Source: Thermithiobacillus tepidarius DSM 3134
GTDB taxonomy: Bacteria > Pseudomonadota > Gammaproteobacteria > Acidithiobacillales > Thermithiobacillaceae
Length of the DNA: 32,000 nt
Assembly: GCF_048300925.1 (NCBI RefSeq)
Contig: NZ_CP133759.1
Strand: one strand, 5' to 3'
Within the stretch, counting starts at the first letter, position 1. The number at the start of each line of letters is the position of its first letter. The notes under the pieces were generated by a model, which did no database searches, was not told where the DNA came from, and worked only from the letters and a program-made list of their open reading frames with translations. This document shows positions 1 through 9,874 of the stretch, in pieces. The translations under genes and the position numbers were made by a program.

Positions 1-572
1 GCCTGCACCTGCGCGGCCTCGGCGCCCAGTTGCCGCCAACGCCGGGCTTGCCGCTCATCCACCGGGTACACTGCTTCCAGCGGCATCGGCAGGAAATCGG
101 TGGCCGGGTCGCCGGCAATGACCACGGCCGGCAATTGGCGAGCGGCGCTCTGACGCGCCAGGTTCGCCGCTGGACCGCGGCCGATGGTCATGGTGCGCAA
201 AGGGTCCAGCCGCGCCAGGGTACGACGAATGGCACGGGGATGGTCGCAGGGACCGAAGCCGTAGCCGACGCCCTTCAAACCGCCGATGCGCGGGTCGAGC
301 AGTTCCGGATAGTCTCTTTCGAAGGTCAGGATGACGCGCAGGTCCAGCCGTTTTTCCCGAATGGCGCGGGTCAGCTCGGCGGCCAGCAGGACGTCGTCCG
401 CCTCGCCGGTGGCCTGCACCCACAAGGCCGGCCCGCGCCCGCCAGGGGCGCGCAGCCAGCCCCAGCGGGCATTGGCCTGATGGCTGCGCCCTGCCCGCCG
501 GTCCCGATAGCCGGACCACCATGCCCGCAGGGCGCTGGCACCATAGTAGCTTCTAGGCTCTTTCACGCTCAT
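1..572 (-). CDS. Partial CDS (N-terminal ~190 aa, runs off window start); KdtA/WaaA-like glycosyltransferase N-domain protein (tentative)
   Basis: Absent from the ORF track because it is open at nt 1. My translation from the ATG at 572-570 is MSVKEPRSYYGASALRAWWSGYRDRR..ARWGWLRAPGGRGPALWVQATGEADDVLLAAELTRAIREKRLDLRVILTFERDYPELL..PAVVIAGDP.., with no stop and GC-rich third positions. The layout resembles the Kdo-transferase N-domain (RWG..lWvHa.SvGE..Lv.aL), but the SVGE motif is not conserved. The start overlaps the DUF374 stop by 20 nt. Confidence 0.45.
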   Translation of the reverse strand, partial: MSVKEPRSYYGASALRAWWSGYRDRRAGRSHQANARWGWLRAPGGRGPALWVQATGEADDVLLAAELTRAIREKRLDLRVILTFERDYPELLDPRIGGLKGVGYGFGPCDHPRAIRRTLARLDPLRTMTIGRGPAANLARQSAARQLPAVVIAGDPATDFLPMPLEAVYPVDERQARRWRQLGAEAAQVQ

Positions 573-1230
573 TCCTTGTGATCCGATCCGCCCGCGCGGT
601 CAGCGCCCGCATGCGGCTTTCCAACGCACTTTGAAATTCGCTCAGCTGCCCGGCCGTGGCATCGCGCGGCACGCGCATGGGCTCGCCCCAGAGAATGGCG
701 CCGCGGGTAAATGGGAGAGCCAGGAGGAAGCGATCCCAGCTCGGGATCACCTTGGCCCAGCGCGCCGAAAAGGTGACTGGCACGATGGGCATGCCGGTCA
801 CGCGAGCGATTTCCAGCACGCCCGGCTGCACCTTTTCCCGGGGGCCGCGCGGGCCATCGGGCGTGATGGCCAGATCGCTGCCGGTACGGGCAATGCGCAG
901 CATGCCCATCAGGCCCTTGACCGCGCCGCGCCGGCTGGAGCCGCGCACGGCCTGGTAGCCCCAGTACGCCATGGTCCGGGCGATGAGTTCGCCGTCGCGA
1001 TGCTCGCTGATGAGGATGTGCACTTGCCGACCGCCCAGCTGCCGGTAAGCATGGGGAATCATCAGCAGGCGTCCGTGCCAGAACGCCAGCAGGATGGGTT
1101 GGCCGGCGCGCAACAGCGCCTGCACTGGCTCGCCGCCCTCCACGCGCCAGCGGCCGGTGAAGGCGACCAGGCGAATGTAGCGGGCGATCAGCCATGCGGC
1201 CAGCTGCTGCCAGCGTCCTTGCAGCTTCAT
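553..1230 (-). CDS. DUF374-type lysophospholipid acyltransferase (LPLAT) family protein
   Basis: 225 aa with an ATG start. Pattern FWHGRLLM..ISEHRDGELIA..GY..VRGSS.RGG..AL..M......L.ITPDGPRGP is typical of the DUF374 family, which is usually found next to LPS/lipid A genes. Confidence 0.75.
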   Translation of the reverse strand: MKLQGRWQQLAAWLIARYIRLVAFTGRWRVEGGEPVQALLRAGQPILLAFWHGRLLMIPHAYRQLGGRQVHILISEHRDGELIARTMAYWGYQAVRGSSRRGAVKGLMGMLRIARTGSDLAITPDGPRGPREKVQPGVLEIARVTGMPIVPVTFSARWAKVIPSWDRFLLALPFTRGAILWGEPMRVPRDATAGQLSEFQSALESRMRALTARADRITRNERERA

Positions 1231-1260
1231 GTCAGCAGCCGGAAGACAGATGGACGGACT

Positions 1261-1662
1261 TCACGAGGCTTGCTGGGTGGCGATGCTGACGCGCAGCAAA
1301 CCGGCCTGCCGGGCGGCGTCCAACACCGTCACCACGTGCTGCTGGATGGTGTTGCGGTCGGCCCGCAGCAGCAACACCTGATTGCTGTCCTGGCGCGCCA
1401 GAGCCGCCAGGCGCTGCCGCAGCTCGCCGGCATTGAGTGACTGGCCGTTGAGAGCCAAGCGCCCCGCGGCGTCGATGTCCACGGTGATGGGTGCCTTGGG
1501 CACGGCCGCCGTCTGGCTGGCGGCCGGCAGATCCAGACGCAGCGTCGATTGCTTGGTGAAGGTGGTGGTCACCATGAAAAACAGCAGGATCACCAGCACC
1601 ACGTCGACCATGGAGATGATGTTGATCTCCGGCTCCTCGCGGGGGTGGCGCCGGAAATTCAT
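1261..1662 (-). CDS. exbD: Biopolymer transport protein ExbD/TolR family
   Basis: 133 aa from the internal ATG at 1662, which forms an ATGA overlap with the exbB stop. N-terminus MNFRRHPREEPEINIISMVDVVLVILLFFMV is the classical ExbD/TolR anchor. The longer 305-aa track ORF is an out-of-context 5' extension through exbB. Confidence 0.85.
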   Translation of the reverse strand: MNFRRHPREEPEINIISMVDVVLVILLFFMVTTTFTKQSTLRLDLPAASQTAAVPKAPITVDIDAAGRLALNGQSLNAGELRQRLAALARQDSNQVLLLRADRNTIQQHVVTVLDAARQAGLLRVSIATQQAS

Positions 1663-2267
1663 CGCCGCGCCCCCTGCACCAGTTCCACCACCTTCAGGGA
1701 TTCCTTCTCCATGATGAGGATCAACTCGTCGATCTTGCCGCGGAAATAGCGGTACATCATCAGGCTGGGAATGGCGACGATGAGGCCGGCGGCGGTGGTG
1801 ATCAGCGCCTCGGAGATGCCGCCTGCCAGCACCCGGGGATTGCCCACGCCCACCATGTTGATGGCGCTGAAGGCGTGCATGATGCCGAAGACGGTACCCA
1901 GGAGACCGAGCAGGGGAGAGACGCCGGCGATGGTGCCCAGCACGTTGAGGTAGCGCTCCAGGACGGCGACCTCCTGCCGCCCCACCTCTTCGATGGACTC
2001 CTTGATGAACTCCCGCTGCGAGCCGGCGTTGCGCAGGCCCGCCAGCAGGATGCGCGCCAGCGGCGTGTTGCTGTCCTTGAGACGCTGCAGGGCGCCTTGC
2101 ACCTCCCCCTTGCGGATCAGTTCCTCGATCGCATCGGCCAGGCCGGGCGGAGCGATCCGCTCGTTGCGCAGCAGCCACAGACGGTTGCCGATGATCGCCA
2201 GGGCCACCACCGCAGCCAGCACAATGGGCACCATGACCCAGCCACCTGCACGTATGACTTCGAACAC
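1659..2267 (-). CDS. exbB: MotA/TolQ/ExbB proton-channel family protein
   Basis: 202 aa with a GTG start preceded by GGGAGTGAGGA. N-terminus FEVIRAGGWVMVPIVL and C-terminal GLLGTVFGIMHAF...ALITTAAGLIVAIP match the ExbB/TolQ signature. Confidence 0.85.
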   Translation of the reverse strand: MFEVIRAGGWVMVPIVLAAVVALAIIGNRLWLLRNERIAPPGLADAIEELIRKGEVQGALQRLKDSNTPLARILLAGLRNAGSQREFIKESIEEVGRQEVAVLERYLNVLGTIAGVSPLLGLLGTVFGIMHAFSAINMVGVGNPRVLAGGISEALITTAAGLIVAIPSLMMYRYFRGKIDELILIMEKESLKVVELVQGARR

Positions 2268-2300
2268 GTCCTCACTCCCTTTGATTTTGGGCCAATACTA

Positions 2301-4646
2301 TCACGATCCCCGCCCAGGCACAGGGCCCTGGTGCAGCCAGTAATGACGGGCGGGCCGTTGCAACGACAGACTGGCGGCCGTCCGCCCCCCCAGGTGGAAA
2401 GCAAGGGCACCGGTGCGGGCGGGGGCGAGCGCCGGTGGGCCATCATCGCCGGCCGGCTTTTCTGCCCCGCCCCGGCGCCCACCGGCCGCGACCAGGTAGT
2501 CGGGAGCAGCGGCCTCCGCCAGCTGCCCGAGGCCGGAGCCGCCGCCGGCCGAGACCAGGGCGTTGCTGCGCAAGTTGCCGCCGAAGCGGCTGACGAGCCT
2601 GTCGGCCGCACCACCGGACAGCGGGCCGCCCAGCAGTGCCTGCCAGCCGGGGCCGTAAGCGGCCAGCACGCAGGGATCACGCTCGCCGGCCATGGGCGCC
2701 AGGAAGACGAAGATCACCCCATCCCAGGTCCAATGCTGGCCGGCCCGGCATGGGCGGGCCGGAGCGCCGGGCAATGCGGCCGTCGCGCTCCATAACTGCG
2801 GGGCAGGATACTGTCTGGGCAGCAGGCTGGCAGCATCGAGCGGCGCCCGGGCGGCGGCGCTGAGGACCACGGCATCCAAGCGGCGGATGCCGGCATGATG
2901 CATGAAGGGCTGCACGACCAGGTGCAGGGTCGCGCCGGAGGGGCGTGCCCTGGGGCTCGAGTGGAAAAACAGGCTGTGGTGCCGGGTTTGCAGCACCACG
3001 GCGGTGTCCATCCCGGCGTCCAGGACGGTCAGGCGCGCCTGCCCAGGCGGCAGGACCGCCGCGGCGGGCAGCAGGAGCGGCAGAAAGGTCAGCAGCCCCA
3101 AGCTGCGCCCCGGCCAGGCCGCCGGCAGAAAGAGAAGCAGCAGGCCAACGAGCAAAGCAAGCAGCATCCAGACGGATGGGCTGCCGACGGCCAGGGTGCC
3201 CCAAGGCAACCGGTCGAGCTGCTCCAGAAACCACAGCAGCGGCTGGAAGGCAAGGCTGGTCAGGTGAAACAGTCCGCGGCCCGCCAGCTCCAGGCCGCTC
3301 AGGGAGGCCAGTGCGCCGAGCAGGGCCAGCGGCGTGGCCACCCCTTCCACCACCGGAATGGCCACGAGGTTCGCCAGGGGCGACAGCAGGGGCACCTGCC
3401 CGAAGAGCAGCGCCAGCACCGGCACCAGTCCCAGCGCAATCAGGACCTGATAGCCGAGCAGGCTGCGCCAGAGCCCCGCCCGCCCTACCCGGCCGACCAG
3501 CAGCCAGAAAATCAGCCCGACCGCCGTGAAGGACAGCCAGAAGCCCGGTTCCGCCACGGCCCCGGGCTGCAGGATGAAGATGACGCCCGCCGCCAGCGCC
3601 AGGCTGTGAAACAGGCGCAATTCCCGCTGCAGCACGAGGGCACCGGCCAGCACCGTGACCATAATGACTGCCCGCAGGGTGGCCAGCTCCATGCCGGCCA
3701 TCAGGCCGTAGCCCCAGGCGCTCAGCACCATCACCGCGGCAGCCGGCGGTGCGGCCGGGTAGCGGCGCACCAGAGGCGGCACGGCACTCCACAGCCATTT
3801 GGCCAGCAAAAAGACCAAGCCGGCCACCAGCGTGATGTGGGAACCGGAAATGACCATCAGGTGGGCAGTCCCCGCGCGCACGAAACGCTGCCACAGATCC
3901 GGCGGCAACTGATTCTGCACGCCCACGGTCAGTGCCTGCACCAAGCCCGCCTCGGCCCGGGGCAAGGCAGCATTGCTGGCCTGGAGCACCTGCTGGCGCA
4001 AGCTCTGGAACCAGCGCAGCAGGGCATGGCCGCCCGCCCCGGCCAACTGCACCGGCTCCGGCACGGACTGTACCGCGCCCACGGCCCGCACCCCCTGCCA
4101 GAAGAGCGCGTAGCTGCGGTCGAAACCGCCCGGATTGGTGGCGGCCTGCGGCCGCTGCAAACGTGCCGTCAGGCGCCAGCGTTGGCCATAGGCCAGCTCG
4201 GGCGGTGCCGGCCCGTCGAATGAGAGCTGCAGAAGTCCTCGGAAATCGATGGACCCGAGCGGCCCATCCATGTGCTCGGGAGCGAACAGCAGGCGGGTGC
4301 CGTTCCCGCGGGCTTCCGGCAGTGACGCGATGGTCCCGGTGATGACCAGTGCCTGCCCAACTGCGGCGTCGGGCAGGGTTTCGTGGCTGATGCGCTGGGC
4401 TTGCCAGGCGCCCCAGGCAAAGGCGGCACAGGCGGCGGCCGGCAGCAACAGGATGCGCCAACGCCAGACCGGCAGCAGCAAGGCCAGCGCCAATCCCGCC
4501 GCCGGCCACGGCACTGGAATGCTCTCCTGCCGGTACAACAGCAAGAGGCCCAGGCCGATGGCGAGCACCACCTCCGGCAGGCCCGGCATGCGCCGAAAAA
4601 AAGCTTGGGCGCGCGGGCAGGTATGGGATAAACTCGGCGGGATCAC
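2301..4646 (-). CDS. comEC: DNA internalization-related competence protein ComEC/Rec2
   Basis: 781 aa and polytopic. It has the central competence domain (GTAHLMVISGSHITLVAG) and a C-terminal metallo-beta-lactamase-like part (LTVLDAGMDTAVVLQT...). The track start at 4646 is GTG. An ATG at 4589 (MPGLPEVVLAIGL..) is an alternative that would leave a 76-nt divergent promoter region. Confidence 0.85.
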   Translation of the reverse strand: MIPPSLSHTCPRAQAFFRRMPGLPEVVLAIGLGLLLLYRQESIPVPWPAAGLALALLLPVWRWRILLLPAAACAAFAWGAWQAQRISHETLPDAAVGQALVITGTIASLPEARGNGTRLLFAPEHMDGPLGSIDFRGLLQLSFDGPAPPELAYGQRWRLTARLQRPQAATNPGGFDRSYALFWQGVRAVGAVQSVPEPVQLAGAGGHALLRWFQSLRQQVLQASNAALPRAEAGLVQALTVGVQNQLPPDLWQRFVRAGTAHLMVISGSHITLVAGLVFLLAKWLWSAVPPLVRRYPAAPPAAAVMVLSAWGYGLMAGMELATLRAVIMVTVLAGALVLQRELRLFHSLALAAGVIFILQPGAVAEPGFWLSFTAVGLIFWLLVGRVGRAGLWRSLLGYQVLIALGLVPVLALLFGQVPLLSPLANLVAIPVVEGVATPLALLGALASLSGLELAGRGLFHLTSLAFQPLLWFLEQLDRLPWGTLAVGSPSVWMLLALLVGLLLLFLPAAWPGRSLGLLTFLPLLLPAAAVLPPGQARLTVLDAGMDTAVVLQTRHHSLFFHSSPRARPSGATLHLVVQPFMHHAGIRRLDAVVLSAAARAPLDAASLLPRQYPAPQLWSATAALPGAPARPCRAGQHWTWDGVIFVFLAPMAGERDPCVLAAYGPGWQALLGGPLSGGAADRLVSRFGGNLRSNALVSAGGGSGLGQLAEAAAPDYLVAAGGRRGGAEKPAGDDGPPALAPARTGALAFHLGGRTAASLSLQRPARHYWLHQGPVPGRGS

Positions 4647-4665
4647 AGGCCAGGACTTAAGTTAC

Positions 4666-5235
4666 TTGCGTAAGTTCTTATCTAAATACCTGCCTTGTCG
4701 CGAGCGGGTGTTGCGAACCCGGTGCCTGGGGCGCTTTACTCACCTGCTGCACCATCACGAGCTGTGGCATTTTCATCGGCGCAGCTTGGCCGGCGGCTTG
4801 GCCTTGGGCCTCTTCATCGCCAGCACGCCGCTCCTGGGCCACGTCCCCCTGGTGCTGATCGGTGCGCTGCTGTTGCGGGTCAACATTCCCGCCGCCGTCG
4901 GCGCCGCCCTGCTCACCAACCCCTTGACCATGCCCCCTTTCTACTATTTCGCCTTCCGGGTTGGCGAAACGGTCACCCGCTTCTTGGGATTGCCCCTGTC
5001 CGCCGGCCGCCACCTGGACCTGATGCAACTGATCAACAACTGGCACAACCTGCTGGGCGAAGGCGGACGTCAGCTCTGGAGCGCCTATCTGATCACCTGG
5101 ATCGGCTCCCTGCTGATCGGCACCTTGGCCGCCGCCACGGGCTACTATCTGACCCTGGCCGGCTGGCGCTTGGCGGTCGTGTGGCGCTGGCGCCGGCGCC
5201 AGCGGGCCCGCCGCCTGCCTCCCAAAGCAGTATAG
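4666..5235 (+). CDS. DUF2062 domain membrane protein
   Basis: The core LWHFHRRSLAGGLALGLFIASTPLLGHVPLVLIGALLLRVNIPAAVGAALLTNPLTMPPFYYFAFRVG matches the DUF2062 pattern. I place the start at the in-frame TTG at 4666 (LRKFLSKYLP..), because the track ORF from 4249 runs antisense through comEC. The start is uncertain. Confidence 0.7.
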   Translation: MRKFLSKYLPCRERVLRTRCLGRFTHLLHHHELWHFHRRSLAGGLALGLFIASTPLLGHVPLVLIGALLLRVNIPAAVGAALLTNPLTMPPFYYFAFRVGETVTRFLGLPLSAGRHLDLMQLINNWHNLLGEGGRQLWSAYLITWIGSLLIGTLAAATGYYLTLAGWRLAVVWRWRRRQRARRLPPKAV

Positions 5236-5261
5236 ACCAGGATCCGCTCTCCCCCTGGCGC

Positions 5262-5945
5262 CTACCCGGCCTGGGAGACGATCTGGCCGTCGCGGATCTG
5301 ATACACCCGCTGCATCCGCTCCGCCAAACGGGGATCGTGGGTCACCACCACCAGGCTGGTGCCCAGGTGCTGGTTCAGATCCAGGAGCAGGTCGTGGATC
5401 TTCGCCGCCGTCTGCGAATCCAGGTTGCCGGTCGGCTCGTCGGCCAAGAGCAGGCGCGGGCGCGTGACCAAGGCGCGGGCGATGGCGGCCCGTTGCCGTT
5501 CGCCGCCGGACAGCTCGCCCGGCTTGTGGCGCAGGCGCTCGCCCAAGCCCACCTGGGCCAGCAGCTCGCTGGCCCGGGCGGCCGCCTCTTCGCGCGGACG
5601 GCGCTGGATCAGCAGCGGAATCATCACGTTCTCCAGGGCGGTGAACTCCGGCAACAGATGGTGGAATTGGTAGACGAAGCCCATCTTGTCGTTGCGCAAG
5701 CGGCCGCGGGCCGCCTCCCCCAGGGCGTAGAGATCCTGCCCCTCGACCCAGACCCGCCCGGCCGAAGGTCGGTCCAGGCCGCCGAGCAGGTGCAGCAGGG
5801 TGCTCTTGCCGGAGCCCGAAGCACCGACGATGCCCACGCTCTCCCCCGCCGAAATCCGCAGGTCGATGCCCTTGATGACCTCCAACTGCACCCGCCCCTG
5901 ACGGAACAGCCGGCGCAATCCCTCCGCTTTCAGAACGTCACTCAT
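5262..5945 (-). CDS. lolD: Lipoprotein-releasing system ATP-binding protein LolD
   Basis: 227 aa. Walker A GASGSGKST, ABC signature LSGGERQR and Walker B LLLADEPTGNLD are present. It overlaps the upstream LolC/E-type permease gene by 8 nt. Confidence 0.9.
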   Translation of the reverse strand: MSDVLKAEGLRRLFRQGRVQLEVIKGIDLRISAGESVGIVGASGSGKSTLLHLLGGLDRPSAGRVWVEGQDLYALGEAARGRLRNDKMGFVYQFHHLLPEFTALENVMIPLLIQRRPREEAAARASELLAQVGLGERLRHKPGELSGGERQRAAIARALVTRPRLLLADEPTGNLDSQTAAKIHDLLLDLNQHLGTSLVVVTHDPRLAERMQRVYQIRDGQIVSQAG

Positions 5946-7182
5946 AGCGCAGGGCCTCCACGGGATCGGTGCGCGCCGCGCGCAGCGCGGGATAGATGGT
6001 CGCCAGCCAGCTCATGAGCAGGGAGGCCACGGCGATGCGCCAGACGTCGCGCTGCTCCAGCTGGGAAGGCAGCTCGCTGATGAAATACACGTCCGGCGAC
6101 AGGAACTGCACGTGGAAAAGCTGCTCGATGGCAGGCACCAACGTCGGCACGTTGAGGGCCAACAGCACGCCGCCCACCACGCCCAGCAAGGTGCCGACGA
6201 TGCCGATCATGGCGCCCTGCACCATGAAGATGGCGGTGATGCTCAGCGGGCTCGCGCCCAGGGTGCGCAGGATGGCGATGTCCGACTGCTTGTCGGTGAC
6301 CACCATCACCAGGGTGGAGACGATGTTGAAGGCGGCCACGGCGATGATCAGCGACAAGATCACGAACATCACCGTTTTTTCGATCTTCAGGGCGCGGAAG
6401 AAGTTGGCGTGGCCCATGGTCCAGTCCTGCACGAAGTAGTCGGGTCCCAGCAGTTGCTGGAACTGCGCCGCCACGCCCTGGGACTGGAACAGATCGGCCA
6501 GCTTCAGGCGGACGCCCGTCACCCCGTCGCCCAGACTATAGAGGCGGGCGGCGTCCTGCAGGTTGGTGTAGGCCAATCCGCTGTCGTACTCGTACATGCC
6601 CACCGAGAAGATGCCCACCACCGTGAAGCGGCGCAGGCGCGGGGTGACCCCGAGCGGGCTGACCTGGCCCTGGGGGGAGATGAGCGTGACCTTGTCGCCG
6701 ACGCCGACGCCCAGGTTCTGCGCCAGGGCGCTGCCCAGCACGATGCCGAAGGAGCCCGGCCGCAGGGCATCCAGCCGCCCGGCCACGATGTGCTGCCCCA
6801 GGGCCGACACCCGCACCTCGCGGGCCGGGTCGATACCGCGGATGATGGCACCGGTGACCGCCTGATCGTCGCTGATCATGGCCTGCGCCTGCACGTAGGG
6901 CGCCACCCCCAGGATGCCGGGCCGCCGCTCCACCTGGGCTGCCACCCGCTGCCAATCGTAGAGGGGCTGACCGTTGCCCTCGATCACCATGTCCGAGACC
7001 ACGCCCAGGATGCGGGTACGCAACTCCTGCTCGAAGCCGTTCATGACCGACAGCACGGTGATCAGCGCCGCCACCCCAAGGCCGATGCCGAGCATGGCGA
7101 TGAGCGAGATGAAGGAAATGAAATGGTTGCGCCGCTTGGCGCGCGTGTAGCGCAGCCCGATCCAGAGCTCGTAGGGGCGCAT
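5938..7182 (-). CDS. lolC: Lipoprotein-releasing system transmembrane protein LolC/E family (single copy)
   Basis: 414 aa. N-terminus MRPYELWIGLRYTRAKRRNHFISFISLIAMLGI, a MacB-like periplasmic domain and a C-terminal FtsX domain fit the family. Only one permease gene precedes lolD. Confidence 0.9.
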   Translation of the reverse strand: MRPYELWIGLRYTRAKRRNHFISFISLIAMLGIGLGVAALITVLSVMNGFEQELRTRILGVVSDMVIEGNGQPLYDWQRVAAQVERRPGILGVAPYVQAQAMISDDQAVTGAIIRGIDPAREVRVSALGQHIVAGRLDALRPGSFGIVLGSALAQNLGVGVGDKVTLISPQGQVSPLGVTPRLRRFTVVGIFSVGMYEYDSGLAYTNLQDAARLYSLGDGVTGVRLKLADLFQSQGVAAQFQQLLGPDYFVQDWTMGHANFFRALKIEKTVMFVILSLIIAVAAFNIVSTLVMVVTDKQSDIAILRTLGASPLSITAIFMVQGAMIGIVGTLLGVVGGVLLALNVPTLVPAIEQLFHVQFLSPDVYFISELPSQLEQRDVWRIAVASLLMSWLATIYPALRAARTDPVEALRYE

Positions 7183-7185
7183 GCG

Positions 7186-8679
7186 TCAGGCTTCCGGGCG
7201 CATGTGCGGGAAGAGGATCACGTCGCGGATGCTGGGGCTGTCGGTGAGCAGCATGACCAGCCGGTCGATGCCCACCCCCACCCCCGCCGCCGGCGGCATG
7301 CCGTACTCCAAAGCGCGGATGTAGTCGGCGTCGAAGTGCATGGCCTCCTCGTCGCCGGCCGCCTTCTCCTCCACCTGCTTGCGGAAGCGGGCGGCCTGGT
7401 CCTCGGGGTCGTTGAGCTCGGAGAAGCCGTTGGCGATCTCGCGCCCGGCGACGATCAGCTCGAAGCGGTCGGTGACCTCGGGGTTGTCCTGGTTGCGCCG
7501 CGCCAGCGGGCTCACCTCGGTGGGATATTCGGTGATGAAGGTGGGCTGCATGAGCCGGTGCTCCACGGTCTTCTCGAAAACCTCGGTCAGCAGCTTGCCC
7601 GGCCCCCAACCGGGCTCCAGCTTGGCCTTGAGCTCGCCCAACTTGGCCCGCAGGCGCTCGGGGTCGTCGAGGTCGGCCGCATGCAGGTCCGAGTTGTGGG
7701 CCAGCACCGCTTCGCGCACGGTCATGCGCGCGAAGGGCCGGCTGAGATCCAGCGCCAGTCCTTGGTAAGTCACCTGTTCCGTGCCCAGGGCCTGGCGGGC
7801 GGCCTCGCGGATCAGCGCCTCGGTCAGGTCCATGGCGTCGCGGTAGTCGGCGTAAGCCTGATAGAACTCCAGCATGGTGAATTCGGGATTGTGCCGGGTG
7901 GACAGGCCCTCGTTGCGGAAGTTGCGGTTGATCTCGAAGACCTGCTCGAAGCCGCCCACCAGCAGGCGCTTCAGGTAGAGCTCCGGCGCGATGCGCAGGT
8001 AGAGGGTCATGTCCAGGGCGTTGTGGTGGGTCACGAAGGGCCGCGCCGTGGCGCCACCCGGGATGGGCTGCATCATGGGCGTCTCCACCTCCAGGAAGCC
8101 GCGCCGGGTCAGGCTCTCGCGGACGGCGCTGACCAGCCGCGAGCGCACCTGGAAGGTGCGGCGGCTCTCCTCGGTGACGATCAGGTCCACGTAGCGTTGC
8201 CGGTAGCGCATCTCCTGGTCGCTCAAGCCGTGCCACTTTTCCGGCAGCGGCCGCAGCCCCTTGGCCAGCAGGCGCAGGGATTGCACGCGCACGGACAGCT
8301 CGCCGGTCTTGGTGCGAAAGAGCGCGCCGGCGACGCCGATGATGTCGCCGAGATCCAGGCGCTTGAACTCGTCGTAGGCGCTCTCGCCCAGTTCGTCGCG
8401 GGTGACGAAGAGCTGCATGCGGCCGGACATGTCCTGGATATGGGCGAAGCTGGCCTTGCCCATCACTCGGCGGGTCAACATGCGCCCGGCCACGCAGACC
8501 TGGATGGCTTCCGCCTCCAGGGCTTCGGCGGTCAGCTCGCCATAGCGGGCCACCAAATCGCCGACCAGGGCATCGCGCCGGAAGTCGTTGGGGTAGGCCT
8601 CGCCGGCGGCGCGCCGTTCGGCCAATTTGGCGTAGCGCTGCTCGACCAGTTCGTTGCTGTCCAGGATTTCGTGTTCCAT
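7186..8679 (-). CDS. lysS: Lysine--tRNA ligase (class II)
   Basis: Strong similarity to LysS throughout (..[10 protein letters not shown].., [38 protein letters not shown]...IRDVILFP). The track start at 8691 is TTG. I prefer the ATG at 8679 ([15 protein letters not shown]..). Confidence 0.93.
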   Translation of the reverse strand: MEHEILDSNELVEQRYAKLAERRAAGEAYPNDFRRDALVGDLVARYGELTAEALEAEAIQVCVAGRMLTRRVMGKASFAHIQDMSGRMQLFVTRDELGESAYDEFKRLDLGDIIGVAGALFRTKTGELSVRVQSLRLLAKGLRPLPEKWHGLSDQEMRYRQRYVDLIVTEESRRTFQVRSRLVSAVRESLTRRGFLEVETPMMQPIPGGATARPFVTHHNALDMTLYLRIAPELYLKRLLVGGFEQVFEINRNFRNEGLSTRHNPEFTMLEFYQAYADYRDAMDLTEALIREAARQALGTEQVTYQGLALDLSRPFARMTVREAVLAHNSDLHAADLDDPERLRAKLGELKAKLEPGWGPGKLLTEVFEKTVEHRLMQPTFITEYPTEVSPLARRNQDNPEVTDRFELIVAGREIANGFSELNDPEDQAARFRKQVEEKAAGDEEAMHFDADYIRALEYGMPPAAGVGVGIDRLVMLLTDSPSIRDVILFPHMRPEA

Positions 8680-8750
8680 GCCGTGCTTCAATCCTTTTTT
8701 GGAGTACGCCGCAGACTTCGCTGCGCTTGTTCACGTTTGCGCTGCCGGCC

Positions 8751-9849
8751 TCACAGACCCTGCTTGAGGGCGGCCTCGACGAAGGGATCCAGCGCGCCGT
8801 CCAGCACCCGCTGGGTATCGCCCACCTCCACGCCGGTGCGCAGGTCCTTGATGCGGGACTGGTCCAGCACGTAGGAGCGGATCTGGTGGCCCCAACCGAT
8901 GTCGCTCTTGCTCTCCTCCAGCGCTTCCTGCTCCGCCCGCCGCTTGGCCAGCTCCAGCTCGTAAAGCCGCGACTTTAACATGCGCATGGCCTCGGCGCGA
9001 TTCTTGTGCTGGGAGCGATCCGTCTGGCAGGCCACCACGATGCCGGTGGGCAGGTGGGTGATGCGCACCGCCGAGTCGGTCTTGTTCACGTGCTGGCCGC
9101 CGGCGCCGCTGGCGCGGTAGGTGTCGACGCGCAGGTCGGCGGGGTTGATGTCGATCTCGAAGGACTCGTCCACCTCGGGGTAGACGAAGACGCTGCAGAA
9201 GCTGGTGTGGCGGCGGTTGCCGGAATCGAAGGGCGACTTGCGCACCAGGCGGTGCACGCCCGTCTCCGTGCGCAGCCAGCCGTAGGCGTAGTCGCCGATG
9301 ACCCGAAAGGTGGCCGACTTGATGCCGGCGACTTCGCCTTCCGTCGCCTCGATGAGTTCGGTCTTGAAGCCCTTGGACTCGCACCAGCGCAGATACATGC
9401 GCAGGAGCATCTCGGCCCAGTCCTGGGCCTCGGTGCCGCCGGCGCCGGACTGGATGTCCACGAAGCAGTTGGCGGCATCCAGCTCGCCGCTGAACATGCG
9501 CAGGAACTCCAGCCGGCCCAGTTGCTGCTCGTAGGTACCCACATCGGCGGCCAGCGCCTCGATGGTCGCCGCGTCGCCCTCTTCCTCGGCCAAGCCCAAG
9601 AGCTCGCCGGCCTCCGCCACCCCCTGCACCAGCTGGCGGGCCGGCACGATGGCCGCTTCCAGGCGCGCCCGCTCCTGGCCCAGGTTCTGCGCCCGCTCCG
9701 GATCATTCCAGAGATCCGGCGCCTCCAGCTCGCGGATGACTTCCGTCAGCCTTTCTTCCTTGTGTTCGAGGTCAAAGATACCCCCTGAGATCGGCCAGGC
9801 GTTGCTGCAGATCCTGCAATTTATCGCGCAATTCGTTGATCTGTTCCAT
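8751..9849 (-). CDS. prfB: Peptide chain release factor 2, with programmed +1 frameshift (join 9849..9775, 9773..8751)
   Basis: Frame 0 from the ATG at 9849 encodes [25 protein letters not shown] and then TGA. The +1 frame continues DLEHKEERL... and carries the SPF (RKSPFDS) and GGQ ([10 protein letters not shown]) motifs. The joined product is 365 aa by my count. Confidence 0.93.
9771..9786 (-). promoter_or_regulatory. prfB +1 frameshift cassette: internal SD-like AGGGGG, then TAT CTT TGA C
   Basis: The minus strand reads AGGGGGTATCTTTGAC. CTT (9777-9775) is codon 25 and the in-frame stop TGA is at 9774-9772 followed by C. This is the textbook RF2 autoregulatory slippery site. Confidence 0.9.
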
Positions 9850-9874
9850 GGTTTCGTCCTCACGCACTTTCAGA

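Noticed and set aside
30-581. 183-aa plus-strand ORF at the window start
   Set aside because: The opposite strand carries an open frame to nt 1 with protein-like composition, GC3 bias and coupling to the DUF374 gene. The plus-strand product is Gly/Arg/Ala/Gln-rich shadow sequence.
2677-4509. 610-aa alternative-frame minus-strand ORF inside comEC (likewise 6536..8734, 14372..15832, 20895..21857, 17036..18019)
   Set aside because: These are out-of-frame overlaps of well-supported genes. The products are Arg/Pro/Gly/Ala-dominated and lack TM or catalytic motifs. GC-rich genomes leave such frames open by chance.
2301-4646. Functional link between comEC and the type IV filament operon (competence pseudopilus)
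   Set aside because: About 18 kb of unrelated housekeeping genes separate the two. comEC sits in a conserved exbBD/LPS-gene context. Co-location in one window is insufficient evidence, so this is kept only as an alternative hypothesis within the main finding.
6112-8874. 920-aa ORF on the plus strand spanning lolC/E and lysS
   Set aside because: It is antisense to two genes with unmistakable homology. Its translation is low-complexity and rich in Arg, Gly, His, Asp, Ala and Gln, with no recognisable domain. This is the typical stop-codon-poor shadow ORF of very GC-rich DNA.
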